Shown: in pieces, positions 38,765-49,977 of the stretch
How the letters are laid out: each line of letters opens with the position of its first letter
How positions within the stretch are numbered: position 1 is the first letter of the stretch
NCBI RefSeq assembly: GCF_006345805.1
Contig: NC_043006.1
Location: 34,906,001-34,970,000 of the forward strand
Length of the DNA: 64,000 nucleotides
From: Octopus sinensis
Lineage: Eukaryota
Direction of reading: 5' to 3'
Position numbers and translations under genes: made by a program
The notes under the pieces: generated by a model
What the model saw: the letters and a program-made list of their open reading frames with translations, nothing else
Databases searched by the model: none
Told to the model about the DNA's origin: nothing

Positions 38765-38911
38765 TTTTAATCCATTCTTGTTGCTTTTTTCCTATTTATA
38801 ATCACCCCACTTGTCGTATGGCTAACACCATATTGATATCCGGTGCATCCTAGTTAAGGACCTTATTCATGTGAATTCTTTAGAATTCACTAGAATCTCA
38901 ATTACTTAACC

Positions 38912-38977
<66 letters not shown>

Positions 38978-39120
38978 CGACAGGCTTCTTGCCGTTTCCG
39001 TCAACGAAATTCTCTGACAAGGCTTTGGTCAGTCATAGGCTTTAGTAGATTACACTTGCCCAAGGTGCTACGCTGCGGAACTGAATCGGTAACCATGTGT
39101 TTGGGAAGCAACACGCTTGC
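38978..39120 (-). mobile_element. SINE family A 5' half
   Basis: acgacaggcttctt..tttccgtc..acaaggctttggtc..cacttgcccaaggtgctacgc is the reverse complement of the family A head. Confidence 0.7.
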
Positions 39121-39789
39121 GCGTCTGTCAGATTTTAGAATTTGCTATTTTGGCCAGTTCCAGTTTATAGGAATTTTAGCACTGGTACAAGTAGTTGTAG
39201 GCAGTGAGTGCAAGGGTTTCTTGTGTCTCAAGTTACTTTAGTTCTGTTTTGTAATTTTGTCTAACTGAGAGAATTTAATTTTTTCTAGATTTCCCTATTA
39301 TTTTGGGGAAGTACGACGAAGTATGATGGCGTCCTATTCACAATAAAAGTAACCGCTCGAACCTTGTCCACTATAGTCCAGTCGCAATCATTCTAATATA
39401 TTTAAAGGGATGTGGACATCCGTTAACAAAAAAGTTTTGTAATGCATCGAATCTCTCTCTTTAACGATCGTTAGTATGGTTTCCGTAAACTAAATCTAGT
39501 GAAATCCTGCTTTCGCCTGTTACCCTCTAGTGGGTTCTAGACAATTTTGGCGAAAGCACTGTTTTTGCTCCCGATATTATCAAGGAATTTAAGCATGACT
39601 AGCGTGCAGATCAACGATAGAAACTGCCTATCTACCAATTGCAGACCATCTCTTAGCTGTTTGACTGGGAGCTTCTTATGAGATGGAACTACCGCGGTGT
39701 CATCATCCGGGCTTTCCATTCTCTCTTCGTTTGGCAATTCTATGTCCCTACAATTAACTCTTTTCCTCCTGCTTCAGCCACATTTTCTG

Positions 39790-40570
39790 CAGGGATAATT
39801 TAAGGCAGTTCACAAAAACAGAGGCTGAACGGAGAAGCTGGTTGGAACTATGGAAATGTGCGTCAAGGACATAGGGATGGAATTCGGTATCTTAAAGTGT
39901 GCGGTGCTTACTTTGAAGCGGGGAAAAAGAGTAAATTGTAAGGACATAGAATTGCCAAACGGAGAGCGAATGGAAGGCCTGGATGATGATGGGTACGAGT
40001 AACTTAGGATCCTGGAGCTGGACAATATCTTGCCTAAAGAAATAAAAGACAAGGTTATCACTGCATATTTCGAGCGCCTTAAACTTCTCTTGAAATCAAA
40101 ACTCAACTCTGCCATCCACATATGGGCAGTTGCTGTAGTCCGCTATAATGCACCCATCCTGAAATTGACTCAAGCGGAGATTAACCAACTCGATCGCACG
40201 AGCCGAAAGACAATGACAATGTATGGCGCCCTCCACCCTAAGGCGAATGTACACAGGCTCTACATGAAGAGGAGTAAAGGTGGACGTGGGCCAATTAGCG
40301 TACGGGAGTGCATCAACAGTGAAAGAAGAAACATAGCAGAATAGTTGTTAAACAGCAAGGAAGACCCGCTACAGTATCCTCCAGAAGGATTTAACAAAAA
40401 TGCACTGAGAGTGCTACTGAATTCGGATCCAGAACAGCCAACAAGAGAGAGGAAACCCTCCACTGCATGGAATTACATGGTCAGTTCCACCGTGAAACCA
40501 AAAAATTAAAAGACCAAGAAGGATCATGGAGGTGGCTTAACAAGCGTGTCCTAAAAAAGAATACTGAAAC
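39790..40570 (+). mobile_element. Old R4/Dong-type RT fragment
   Basis: DIGMEFG..KCAVL.LKRGK..DIELPNGE and KDKVITAYFERLKLLLKSKLNSAIHIWAVAVVRY..LDRTSRKTMTMYGALHPKANVHRLYMKRSKGGRG; stops and frameshifts. Confidence 0.85.
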
Positions 40571-40581
40571 CCTAAATAATA

Positions 40582-40711
<130 letters not shown>

Positions 40712-40727
40712 TATTATTATTATTATT

Positions 40728-41276
40728 GAGTGATAGAGCAGTTCATGCCATCAAAGTGACACTGGGGTAAAATATACGAAGCCCAATATACCCATCATGA
40801 CTACACGTCTGATAAGGGTACACCAGGCACATGCATCACAACCATATGTGCGCGACATGGTGATCTCATATCAAGATAAACAGCACATGACCTTGCAGGT
40901 GGGGCCCAGTTAGAATTTTCTTCAGGTTGCGTAGCCCATCCCGCTCAAAAGATCCCTGAATAAGGGTTGTTTAAGGATGTTGAAAGAAATACCCGTTTCC
41001 AGAGGTGAATTATTCAAACCCCAAAGAATCCCTCTCAACACATGGCTATGATGCTCCCCCACTACTTCTGCTCGTGATCAGAGATGCACATATCGTCAGC
41101 CACTAAGGGACATGCTGAACTGGTTAAAGTCAAACAACTGACAAGCAAATCTGTGGTATTGAGCAGAATATTTGCTGTAGCCCATCTTTTATACCAAGAC
41201 AAAACAATGTACATGATAACACTTCCAATCAGTTAAGATCAGAAGCCATGAGAGTCACTGCCTGGTACTGCATCAG

Positions 41277-41277
<1 letters not shown>
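40728..41277. mobile_element. 550-bp non-coding interspersed repeat embedded in (TAA)n
   Basis: Sharp boundaries with (TAA)n runs on both sides; no ORF of 60 aa or more; I recall it as a high-copy octopus repeat (not verified). Confidence 0.55.
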
Positions 41278-41309
<32 letters not shown>

Positions 41310-41445
41310 TATTATTATTATTATATTATTATTATTATTATTATTATTCAGTAGTTTTATTTTTATAGCGTGCTTTCACTTCACTACCGAGCGCAGCTCT
41401 CTGTGCCTTGGGTATGTGTTGTGATTTGTTGTGATGCTCTGATGG

Positions 41446-43671
41446 TTATTGTATGGAAAGTGTTATGCGTAGGATGTGTGCAGTGCCTAGTAGTGCAATT
41501 TTCTGTATGTTATATGTGTTTGTAAGTCCTGGTGTTTTTGTTATGTATTTGTCTGAATAATTTTTTATCATGCCTAATGCACCTACTATGATAGGAATTG
41601 TTTCTGTTTTCAGGTTCCACATTCTAGTTACATCTATTTCCAGGTCTTTGTATTTTGAGAGTTTCTCCATTTCTTTTAGAGACACGTTGTCATCTGCCGG
41701 TATTGATACATCAATTAGAAAGCATTTTTTTTCTTCATGATCTCTGACAACTATATCTGGTATGTTGGCCTTAATTTCTCTATCTGTGTGTATCGGCATA
41801 TCCCAGAGTATGGTTGCTTTCTCGTTTTCTGTGACCTTTTCTGGTACGTGCCTATACCATCTTTTTTCTGTTGTTATTCCATAATGTTGGCATAGTTTCC
41901 AATGTATGTAGGTTCCAACTCTGTCATGTCTGTGAATATATTCCTTCTTAGCCAGGACTGGGCAGCTAGAGATAATATGATTTATTGTTTCTTGTCCATC
42001 TCCACATATTCTGCAGTTACTTGTAATATTTCTTTTCATTACATGTTTTTGGTAATTTCTGGTGGGGAGGCTTTGGTCTTGTGCTGCAATTAAAAATCCC
42101 TCTGTTTCTGCTTTGAGTCCTGAGCTTCTCAACCATTGCTGGGATTTTTCTTTGTCTATTTCTTTTGCGTTTAGTTTAGTCCAGTATTTACCATGAAGGG
42201 GCTTTTCTTGCCATCGTTTTATCATGGCTCGTTGCTGTTCTATTTTTAGTTTGGATTTCATTTGTTTGATAGCTTTTGTTGTTTCTTCATCATCTTCTTC
42301 TTCTTTGTGTTTATTAGGTGGTATGATTTCTTGTTTGTATTTGTCAGCTTCCTTAAATACTGAGAACAGTTTTTTGTTTTGCTCGTGTTTTGCTGCTATC
42401 TGGGTCAGTTTTCCTTCCTTCTGAAGTAGGTATTTTTGCAGTCCTATGGTGGTTATTTTATAGTAGTTTTCCAGCTGTATAAGGCCTCTACCACCTTCTA
42501 TACGTTGTATATATAGTCTTTCTGTGTCAGATTTTGGGTGATGCATCCTAGATCCTGTCAGTATTTTTCTTGTTTTCCTATCTATTTTCGACAGTTCATT
42601 TCGTGTCCAGTTAAGGATATTGTAGCTGTAAATTATAACTGGGACAGCTAAAGTGTTGATACCTATTATCTTGTTTTTAGCATTGAGCTCTGTTTTTAGT
42701 ATTGATCTAACTCGTCTATAATATTCTTTTTTTATTTTCTCTTTCATTTGTGTGTGTTGTGTCTTATCTAGTTCATGGATTCCTAAGTATTTGTAAGTTT
42801 GGCTTTGGTCCAATTCTTTTATTTCATTGGTTTTATCTAGTGTGATGTTGTTACTCTTAACTAGTTTTCCTCTTTTCATGGTTACTTTGGCGCATTTTTC
42901 TAATCCAAATTTCATATCTATTTCTTTGGTAAATCCATGAACTGTCTTTAATAGTGTTTCCAGCTGTTTGTCATTTGCAGCGTATAGTTTTAGGTCATCC
43001 ATATATAAAAGGTGGCTGATCGTTTTGCCGTAACATTTATATCCGCATCCAGTTCTATTTAGCATATCAGATAGAGGTGACAGTGCCAAGCAGAAAAGGA
43101 GTGGAGAGAGCGTGTCTCCCTGGAATATTCCTCTTCTAATGGGGATGTCTTTTGTTTTCATGAGTCCCTCTTTTGTTTGGAGGTGTAGGACTGTTTGCCA
43201 TTTATTCATAGAGTGCTCTATGAATTTTATGATTGTTGGTGCTACTTTGTTAATGGCTAGTGTTTCGAGGATCCATGTGTGGGGGATGCTATCAAACGCC
43301 TTTTTGTAGTCAATCCAGGCCATACTGAGGCCTTTCTTCTTTCTGTGGCTGTCTTCAGTTACGGCTTTATTAATCATTAGTTGATCTTTACAGCCATATG
43401 AGCCCTTGCGGCATCCTTTCTGCTCTTCTGGGAACAGTTTGTTTTCGTCCAGGTGCTTGTTCAGCCTTTGCGATATCACTGCAGTAAATGCCTTGAACAT
43501 AGTAGGGAGGCAGGTTATTGGTCTGTAGTTTTCTGGTTTTGTTGTTTCATTTGATTTGGGAATTAAGATGGTTTTCCCCTTCGTAAGCCATTCAGGCATT
43601 GTCTCTGGCTCTGCTAGTATGCTGTTAAAGTTTTCAGCCAGCTTTTTGTGCATTCCTGTTAGATATTTCAA
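41446..43671 (-). CDS. R4/Dong RT + zinc knuckle + RLE (741 aa, 3' part of the frameshifted ORF)
   Basis: ORF track 41446..43671 with RT motifs, CCHC and the RLE domain. Confidence 0.85.
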   Translation of the reverse strand: MKYLTGMHKKLAENFNSILAEPETMPEWLTKGKTILIPKSNETTKPENYRPITCLPTMFKAFTAVISQRLNKHLDENKLFPEEQKGCRKGSYGCKDQLMINKAVTEDSHRKKKGLSMAWIDYKKAFDSIPHTWILETLAINKVAPTIIKFIEHSMNKWQTVLHLQTKEGLMKTKDIPIRRGIFQGDTLSPLLFCLALSPLSDMLNRTGCGYKCYGKTISHLLYMDDLKLYAANDKQLETLLKTVHGFTKEIDMKFGLEKCAKVTMKRGKLVKSNNITLDKTNEIKELDQSQTYKYLGIHELDKTQHTQMKEKIKKEYYRRVRSILKTELNAKNKIIGINTLAVPVIIYSYNILNWTRNELSKIDRKTRKILTGSRMHHPKSDTERLYIQRIEGGRGLIQLENYYKITTIGLQKYLLQKEGKLTQIAAKHEQNKKLFSVFKEADKYKQEIIPPNKHKEEEDDEETTKAIKQMKSKLKIEQQRAMIKRWQEKPLHGKYWTKLNAKEIDKEKSQQWLRSSGLKAETEGFLIAAQDQSLPTRNYQKHVMKRNITSNCRICGDGQETINHIISSCPVLAKKEYIHRHDRVGTYIHWKLCQHYGITTEKRWYRHVPEKVTENEKATILWDMPIHTDREIKANIPDIVVRDHEEKKCFLIDVSIPADDNVSLKEMEKLSKYKDLEIDVTRMWNLKTETIPIIVGALGMIKNYSDKYITKTPGLTNTYNIQKIALLGTAHILRITLSIQ

Positions 43672-43715
43672 CCAGAAGTTGGGGATCTTGTCATGCCCAG
43701 GTGCCTTCCAGTTGC

Positions 43716-45085
43716 TTAGTTTTTGCAGTGCTTGGTGACCTCTTCAGTTGTTATGGGGGTCCAAAGTTGTTCAGATGCCGAGTTTGTTATTTTCATACTC
43801 CTTTTTTTTGGCTGTTCGTTCGCCGACCATATTTCTCTCCAGAATTCTTCCAATTCTTCTGCCGTTGGTGCTGCAGTGACTTCTATTTTATTTTTGCCCA
43901 GTTCTTGGTAGAACTTTTTGGGGTCGGAGTTGAACTTTTTGTTCTGTTCAAAGAAGCGTTGGCGTTTCTCGTACCGGCGGATCCTTTGAGCTTTGGCAAG
44001 GATATCTTGCTTCAGCTTTTCTTTTATCTCCGGCAAATCTTTTTCTGTGATGTTATATTTGCGGAGCATTTTTGTTCTCTTTTTGTTGCTCAGTAGCGTT
44101 GCTTGTTGCTGATTTCATTTAGAATCGACAGGTCTTTTCTAATTTTTTTTATTTTGTTTTGGATGTTATTTATCCACAGGGTTTGTTTGGGTGGTGGTAC
44201 TCCTGTTTGGGCGGGTTTGGGTGAGTATCCAGCTTCATTTGTGGCTGCAGTGGCTGCTGCGTATATCAAGTCATTTAGTTCAGTGATATCACTTTTTTTT
44301 GTTTCAGTGGCTAGTTCAGTGACGGCTAGGTTTATGTTGTTTATAATTGGTGTTGTTATTGCGTTTATTTTTATTCTTGGGAGGTATGGTCGGTGGTCCA
44401 TTTTGAGCTCTGTGGTTTTCAGTTCTTTGATTATTTTATTTTTTATATTATCATAATCATTAGGCTCCCCTTCGTTGTTTACATCGTGTTTGTTGGGAAT
44501 GTTGCGTTTGTCTTCGTGTTTTACAGTTTCAGTGTTTATATTATTGGGCATTGTTGTGTGGCTTCTATCTACATTTTCCTGGTGTATTTTTTCTTTTAAA
44601 TGTTCTATTTCTATTTCTGATATTTTTTTGGCTTTGAGAATGTATCTTCGTACGTTAGCTAATTTATTAGGGTTCATTGCTGTATCCAAGTCTATATCTC
44701 TATTATTTTCCTTCCATATTTTATATGTATGTGTTGTTGTATTTTCATTTTGTGGGTAGAGCATTGCTGTGAAGTATGCGTGTAAGATAGAAATGTATTC
44801 CTCACATGTCCATTTACGTCTTTTGGGTTTTAATTGCGGGACATGAGGTACAACGTCCGGCCCATTATTTTGACGGTCGTCATTTTCGTAGGGTACCGGT
44901 CCGTTTATTTCTGTTGTCACATTATTTCGCACGTGTAGTTTTTCGTACATTTTTTGTTGTAGGTTTAATGTACGTACCGCTCGATTGTTATTCTTGGGTT
45001 GAATAGTATCGGTGGCATTTAATTTCTTCGTAGTTCCTTTGTACATGGTGTTTGAGGTCGGGCATGATCGTGTTGTTCCACGCAT
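43716..45085 (-). pseudogene. 5' part of the R4/Dong ORF, split by frameshifts/stop
   Basis: ORFs 44090..45085 (331 aa, Myb-like) and 43716..44069 (LKQDILAKAQRIRRYEKRQRFFEQNKKF..FWREIWS) are consecutive parts of the same protein in different frames. Confidence 0.8.
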
Positions 45086-45324
45086 GTTTACATGTGTTGT
45101 GTTAGAGGTGGAGATAATATCGAGTCAAAATACATCATTTCGTTTCGAAAATAGTAATAAATTTCAATTAGTATTACTTACTCGGATATAGTCCAATTCT
45201 TTGTTAGTAAATCTTTGGCTCCATAGGGTGTCCTTGTTTTCGATGTTTGTGGATAGATTTCGGAGCTCTGTATTTTCCTTCTTACATCTTAAACGTCCCC
45301 GGTGTCTCTCCTTAATTATTATTA

Positions 45325-45380
<56 letters not shown>

Positions 45381-45384
45381 CAAT

Positions 45385-45528
45385 ATTTCTCTTAAAGAAA
45401 AGGAGAAACTTTCAAAATACGAAGATATGGAAATAGAGGTAACTCGAATGTGGAGTCTAAAAACAGAAACATTTCCTATCATAGTAGGCGCATTAGTGAA
45501 GTGAAAGCACGTGATGAAAAGAAAACAA

Positions 45529-45537
<9 letters not shown>
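45385..45537 (+). mobile_element. Short, internally deleted R4/Dong 3' fragment in (TAA)n
   Basis: SLKEKEKLSKYEDMEIEVTRMWSLKTET..IVGAL joined directly to tgaagtgaaagcacg..aactgaataat. Confidence 0.8.
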
Positions 45538-45584
<47 letters not shown>

Positions 45585-45597
45585 CAACAACAACAAC

Positions 45598-45633
<36 letters not shown>

Positions 45634-46427
45634 TAATAATAATAATAGCTACAACAAATACAACTTTGGGCATAAAGTTCTTGAATAACGATATTCACAA
45701 ATAATAAAATATTTACACGAAGGCATTTTAAAATTAATTGCCAAAATTTTGTCATAATTCTTTACAAAAAATATTTCCTTACATTTCTGTCATTTCTACA
45801 ATATTTGCTTCATTCAATAATTTTCCATTGATTTCCGTCATTTGTTGATAGTTTCCACCACTTTTCTTTATTTCTCTACAGAACGATAAAATATTTTTTT
45901 CAAATTTTCTTCTTGATATCCTCCAATATCCGGTGTAGTTTTTGTCGACGACTTCCGCTATATTATATAATCATTTCAATTAAGAAAAAATTGCAATATT
46001 TGAATTCTCTACAAATTTTTAAATGATTGAAGATGAACAAAATAAAAGTTATTGCTGTACAGTTATGAACATTCATATCATTAGCCAAACATGCTGAACA
46101 AATTGCAAATTTATGAGAAATTAAACATTAATCGGTTCTGCAGCAGAAATCAAATTGAGTCCTTTAGGTTTATAATTTTCCATATTATCAACTTCCTTTT
46201 ATGTTTGCAAGGTATTATCAGAGAGTTTCCGGATTTTACATCAGTAAATGTATTGTTCAAGGGAAACGCTTATGCAGTCACCTGACGTTGGTATCCAGCG
46301 TTAATGTCTCCCTTAACTGATAGGTTTCGTACTACCTGCTCGTGTTCGGATATGACACGAATATTTGTGGTGATGCTCCAAAACGATTTCTACGACGGCT
46401 AAGAAAATCTATCGTTGCAGGAGCGGC

Positions 46428-46795
46428 TGTGTGGTAATAAAGCCTGCTTCCCAACCAAATGTTCTTGGGTTCAATCTCACTGCGTCAAAACTTGGGTGAG
46501 ATTTTTCTACTATAGCCTCGGGCCTACTACAGCCTTCTTAGTGGATTTGATAGAGGGAAACTGAACGAAGCTTGTCGTGTATGTATATATGTGTATGTTT
46601 ATATGTATGTGTGTGTGTCAGTGTGTGTCTTTGTGTATGTCTTTCTCCGTGTGTGTATGTGTGTGTGTGTGTGTGTTTCAGTACCATTTGACAATCGTTG
46701 TAGGTGTGTTTACATTGCTATAATTTAGCGGCTCGGCAAAAGTGACCGAAAAAATAAGTACCGAGCATAAAAAGACTAAGACAATGCATTCGACT
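46428..46795 (+). mobile_element. SINE family A, diverged
   Basis: gcaggagcggctgtgtggtaa head, tactatagcctcgggcc, internal (TG)n, tttagcggctcggcaaaag..aataagtacc. Confidence 0.75.
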
Positions 46796-46799
46796 AAAT

Positions 46800-47960
46800 C
46801 TAGTGGAATCCTGCTTTCGGATATGACACGTGAAAGGATACCTTTAAAACACTTCGCTACACATCTATTTTGGTTGTAGTAATCAGATTTCGCTTGGTTT
46901 TTTTCGACCCTTTAGAATTGGAATTTTTGAAAAGCAAAAATTTTGCATTATGCAACTTGTTATTCTCTTCAAGTGAACATTTTTCCAGTTGAAATACACC
47001 GAAAAATGGTGACACAGCAGTCAAAAATCGTAAAAAATATGGATTTTCATAGAAAAAAAGCAACTTTTTGATGTAAATAATTTTTGCTGTTAACATGGTC
47101 CGATTTGAATTTTATCTGCTACAGAATGAAGAGCAAGCCTTCTATCATACTCTCAATTTTGGTCAACTTGCGCTGCAGGGTCTCGAAGGAGATAGTGTTA
47201 GTTGAAGGCTACCAAACCTGCCACACACAGACAACTTCAGCTTTATATATATATAGAGATTTGCTACACACTACTTTCCATCCTTAATAATGAAACTTGG
47301 TAGATCCAAAAGTTAAACACACAGACACACAAGTTGAGTTTTATATATATAGACTTCTCAACGGGGATTTCAGGGGTTGTATCATGATGATCAAAAATCC
47401 GACCTGCTAAAATTTGGTTAAAGTGATTCAAACTACAGACTCAACGCAAAATGGTCACATTTAATTCAAAGCGTTAAAAATGTTATGAAAACAATTGGTA
47501 TGTGTTCACAAAGTCCAAACGATTGATACGAAAAAACCCTCCAGGCTATATCCCGAAAATTCATTTCTTTGCCGAATTTTTAGAATGTTTACGACGATTC
47601 GTTTTTATATCTTGATTTTTATATTTTTCATGCAATTTACGCATGCTTGCACGCGTGGTAAACACAGTTCACGTCAAACAGCTGACTGAGTAAAGTTCAC
47701 TATTCAACGTATGGGATAAGGCCTAAACAAACACATTATCGATTTTTGCACTTGCGAGATTAATTTCAGAACAGAAATAGCGCAGTTCAATTTTCATTCG
47801 CCTAAACTTTAAGTGACCCATTTTTGGTGGTTCTACGATTTGTTGGCTAGGAGGAGATGTGCCGGGAAGTTAAACACACAGACACACACACAGATACACA
47901 CACAGACACACACACAGAACACACACAGACACACAAGTTGAGTTTTATATATATATAGAT
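46800..47960 (-). mobile_element. Helitron-like non-autonomous composite
   Basis: On the minus strand, three TC-tatatatataaa starts followed by (GTCT/GTGT)n at ~47959, ~47352 and ~47257; 3' end ..cgaaagcaggattccaCTAG at 46803-46800. The same 3' end occurs alone at 39496-39515. Confidence 0.5.
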
Positions 47961-47961
47961 A

Positions 47962-48110
47962 TATTGGGGTGGTGCAGAATTATTGCGGCTTTTTTTCCAA
48001 CAAATTTTATTCAACAAAAACAATATTTAACAAAAACATCTTTAAATAACGGTCTGACGGTCTACCAAAAAATGGAAGTAGTTATTTAAGTAGATGGTGA
48101 ATGCTTCGGA
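47962..48110. mobile_element. mariner terminal fragment
   Basis: tattggggtggtgcagaattattgcggc is a mariner-type TIR, followed by a decayed LP.KW..V...DGE-like C-terminal piece. Confidence 0.5.
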
Positions 48111-49938
48111 TTAATTATTTACAGATGTTTTTGCTAAGTGTTGTTGTTTATGTTGAACGTAATTTATTGAAAACACCCGCAATAATTATGCACCAACCCA
48201 ATAGAATGTGTGTGTTGTGTGTGTGTGTGTGGTGTGTGTGTGTGTGTGTGTGTGTCCATCACCGCCGCTTGACAACTAGTGTTGGTGTGTTTACATCCCC
48301 GAAACTTAGCGGTTCTGCAATAGATAGGAAATAAGAATTTTTCTTCATTAAATTAAGTGCCCCTTACACTACTAATGATTCGATAATAAATAGGAGTCGT
48401 GGTGGTGGGGGAGAAAGGAACGTACTGCAACATAATATAATAGATAAGGTGGATTATTAGCACACCGTACAAAACGCTTAGTGGCACTTCATTAGTCTTA
48501 ACGTTCTGAGTTCAAATTCCGCCGTCATCGACTTTGCCTTTCATCCTTTAGGGATTGGTAAAATAAGTACTGGTTGACCACTGGTGCCGATGTAGTCGAC
48601 TGACCCCTTTCCCCCAAATCACTGGCCTTGTGCCAAAATGTGAAACCCACTGCATAATGCAAAACATGAAAGCACTTTTAAAATTTGGTGACTAAATCAA
48701 AACGAATAGGACAACCGCCATATACATATAGATGAGGAGGTCATTATTTGAAATCTTTTCATCCGCTTTCTGTTCCAATCCTGATAATTTCCAGAAACGA
48801 AGAAAATTCCTGCAATCTAAAGAAGATTTGTATGAGACAATTCTACTTATGGATTCACAGCAGTAAGGTATTCCACGGATGAATTATATAAAAAAAAATG
48901 CTAACCTTTACAAGTTATCTCCTCGAGATAACAACCTTACTTCAATTATAAAAGCATTTGTTTGAGTCGTTCTTCATTGATATCCAATCATATTCTGCAA
49001 AATGTCAACAACAGACCGAGTTTGCTGTTATCTTGTCATGAGAGATTTTTATGCTTTCAAAGAATTGCGAAATTCCATTCTGTATTTTTTTTTTTTTTTT
49101 TTTGCGTAAAGCACAATGCACGTTGCATACATTAGTAACTTCCTTTAGAAAAATTGAAAAGAACTCATACCCGTCATGGCTGGTGACAGATCATAACTAA
49201 TCGCCGTAATTTTGGTTTCAAATGTTGGTAAAAGGCCAGAAATTTCGGAGGAGGAGGAGGAGAGAACTTAATTACATCACCTCCAGTGTTCAGACGGTAC
49301 TTATTTTATCGATCCTGAGATGAAAAGCGACGCCGATCTCAACAGAATTTGAACTAAGAGCGTAAATTCAGAAGGAATGACGCCAAGCAATTTCTGTTTT
49401 CGCCTTTAGTCACCATAATATTATTAAGAATGGTATACATTCTGAAATACTACCTACCCACCTCCAGCAAAACAGTCTAAATCCTTTCACTCTTTGTATG
49501 AACTAGAACATTCTCCATTGTCCCTGATAATATTAGTTTCACATTTTTTAACAAGGCTAGCAATTTTGAGAAGGAGATGAGCGGATATCATCGACCGCAA
49601 TGCTCAACTGGTGCTTCTTTTATCGACGCCGAAACAGTAAAAGGCAAAGTCAACCTCGGCGGAAAGCCTGAGAATGTTACAAATTCCAAACTAGAAGCAA
49701 CACAACACTGTTTGTCTTTTTTTATTCCTTACTCTTTCAGTCCTTACCCTGCAGCCATATCTTGGGCACAGCCTTGAAGAACTTTTCAGCTGAATGAATC
49801 GAAACCAGTAGTTATTTATTTCTCTTTAAGCCTGACACTTATTCCATCAGACTCCTTTTGCCGAAATGTTAAGTTTACGACATAGTAAACACGCCAGCAT
49901 CGGTTGTCATGCTGTGGTGGGGGACAAAGACGCACGCA

Positions 49939-49975
<37 letters not shown>

Positions 49976-49977
<2 letters not shown>

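Larger units (their letters stand above)
41349..45170 (-). mobile_element. Near-full-length R4/Dong-clade non-LTR retrotransposon (RLE type)
   Basis: N-terminal Myb-like RRKWTCEEY, RT (GIFQGDTLSPLLF, YMDD), CRICGDGQETINHIISSC knuckle, PDIVV..LIDVSIP..KYKDL RLE; the 3' UTR ends in (AAT)n; the 5' boundary is uncertain (45130-45310). Confidence 0.9.
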
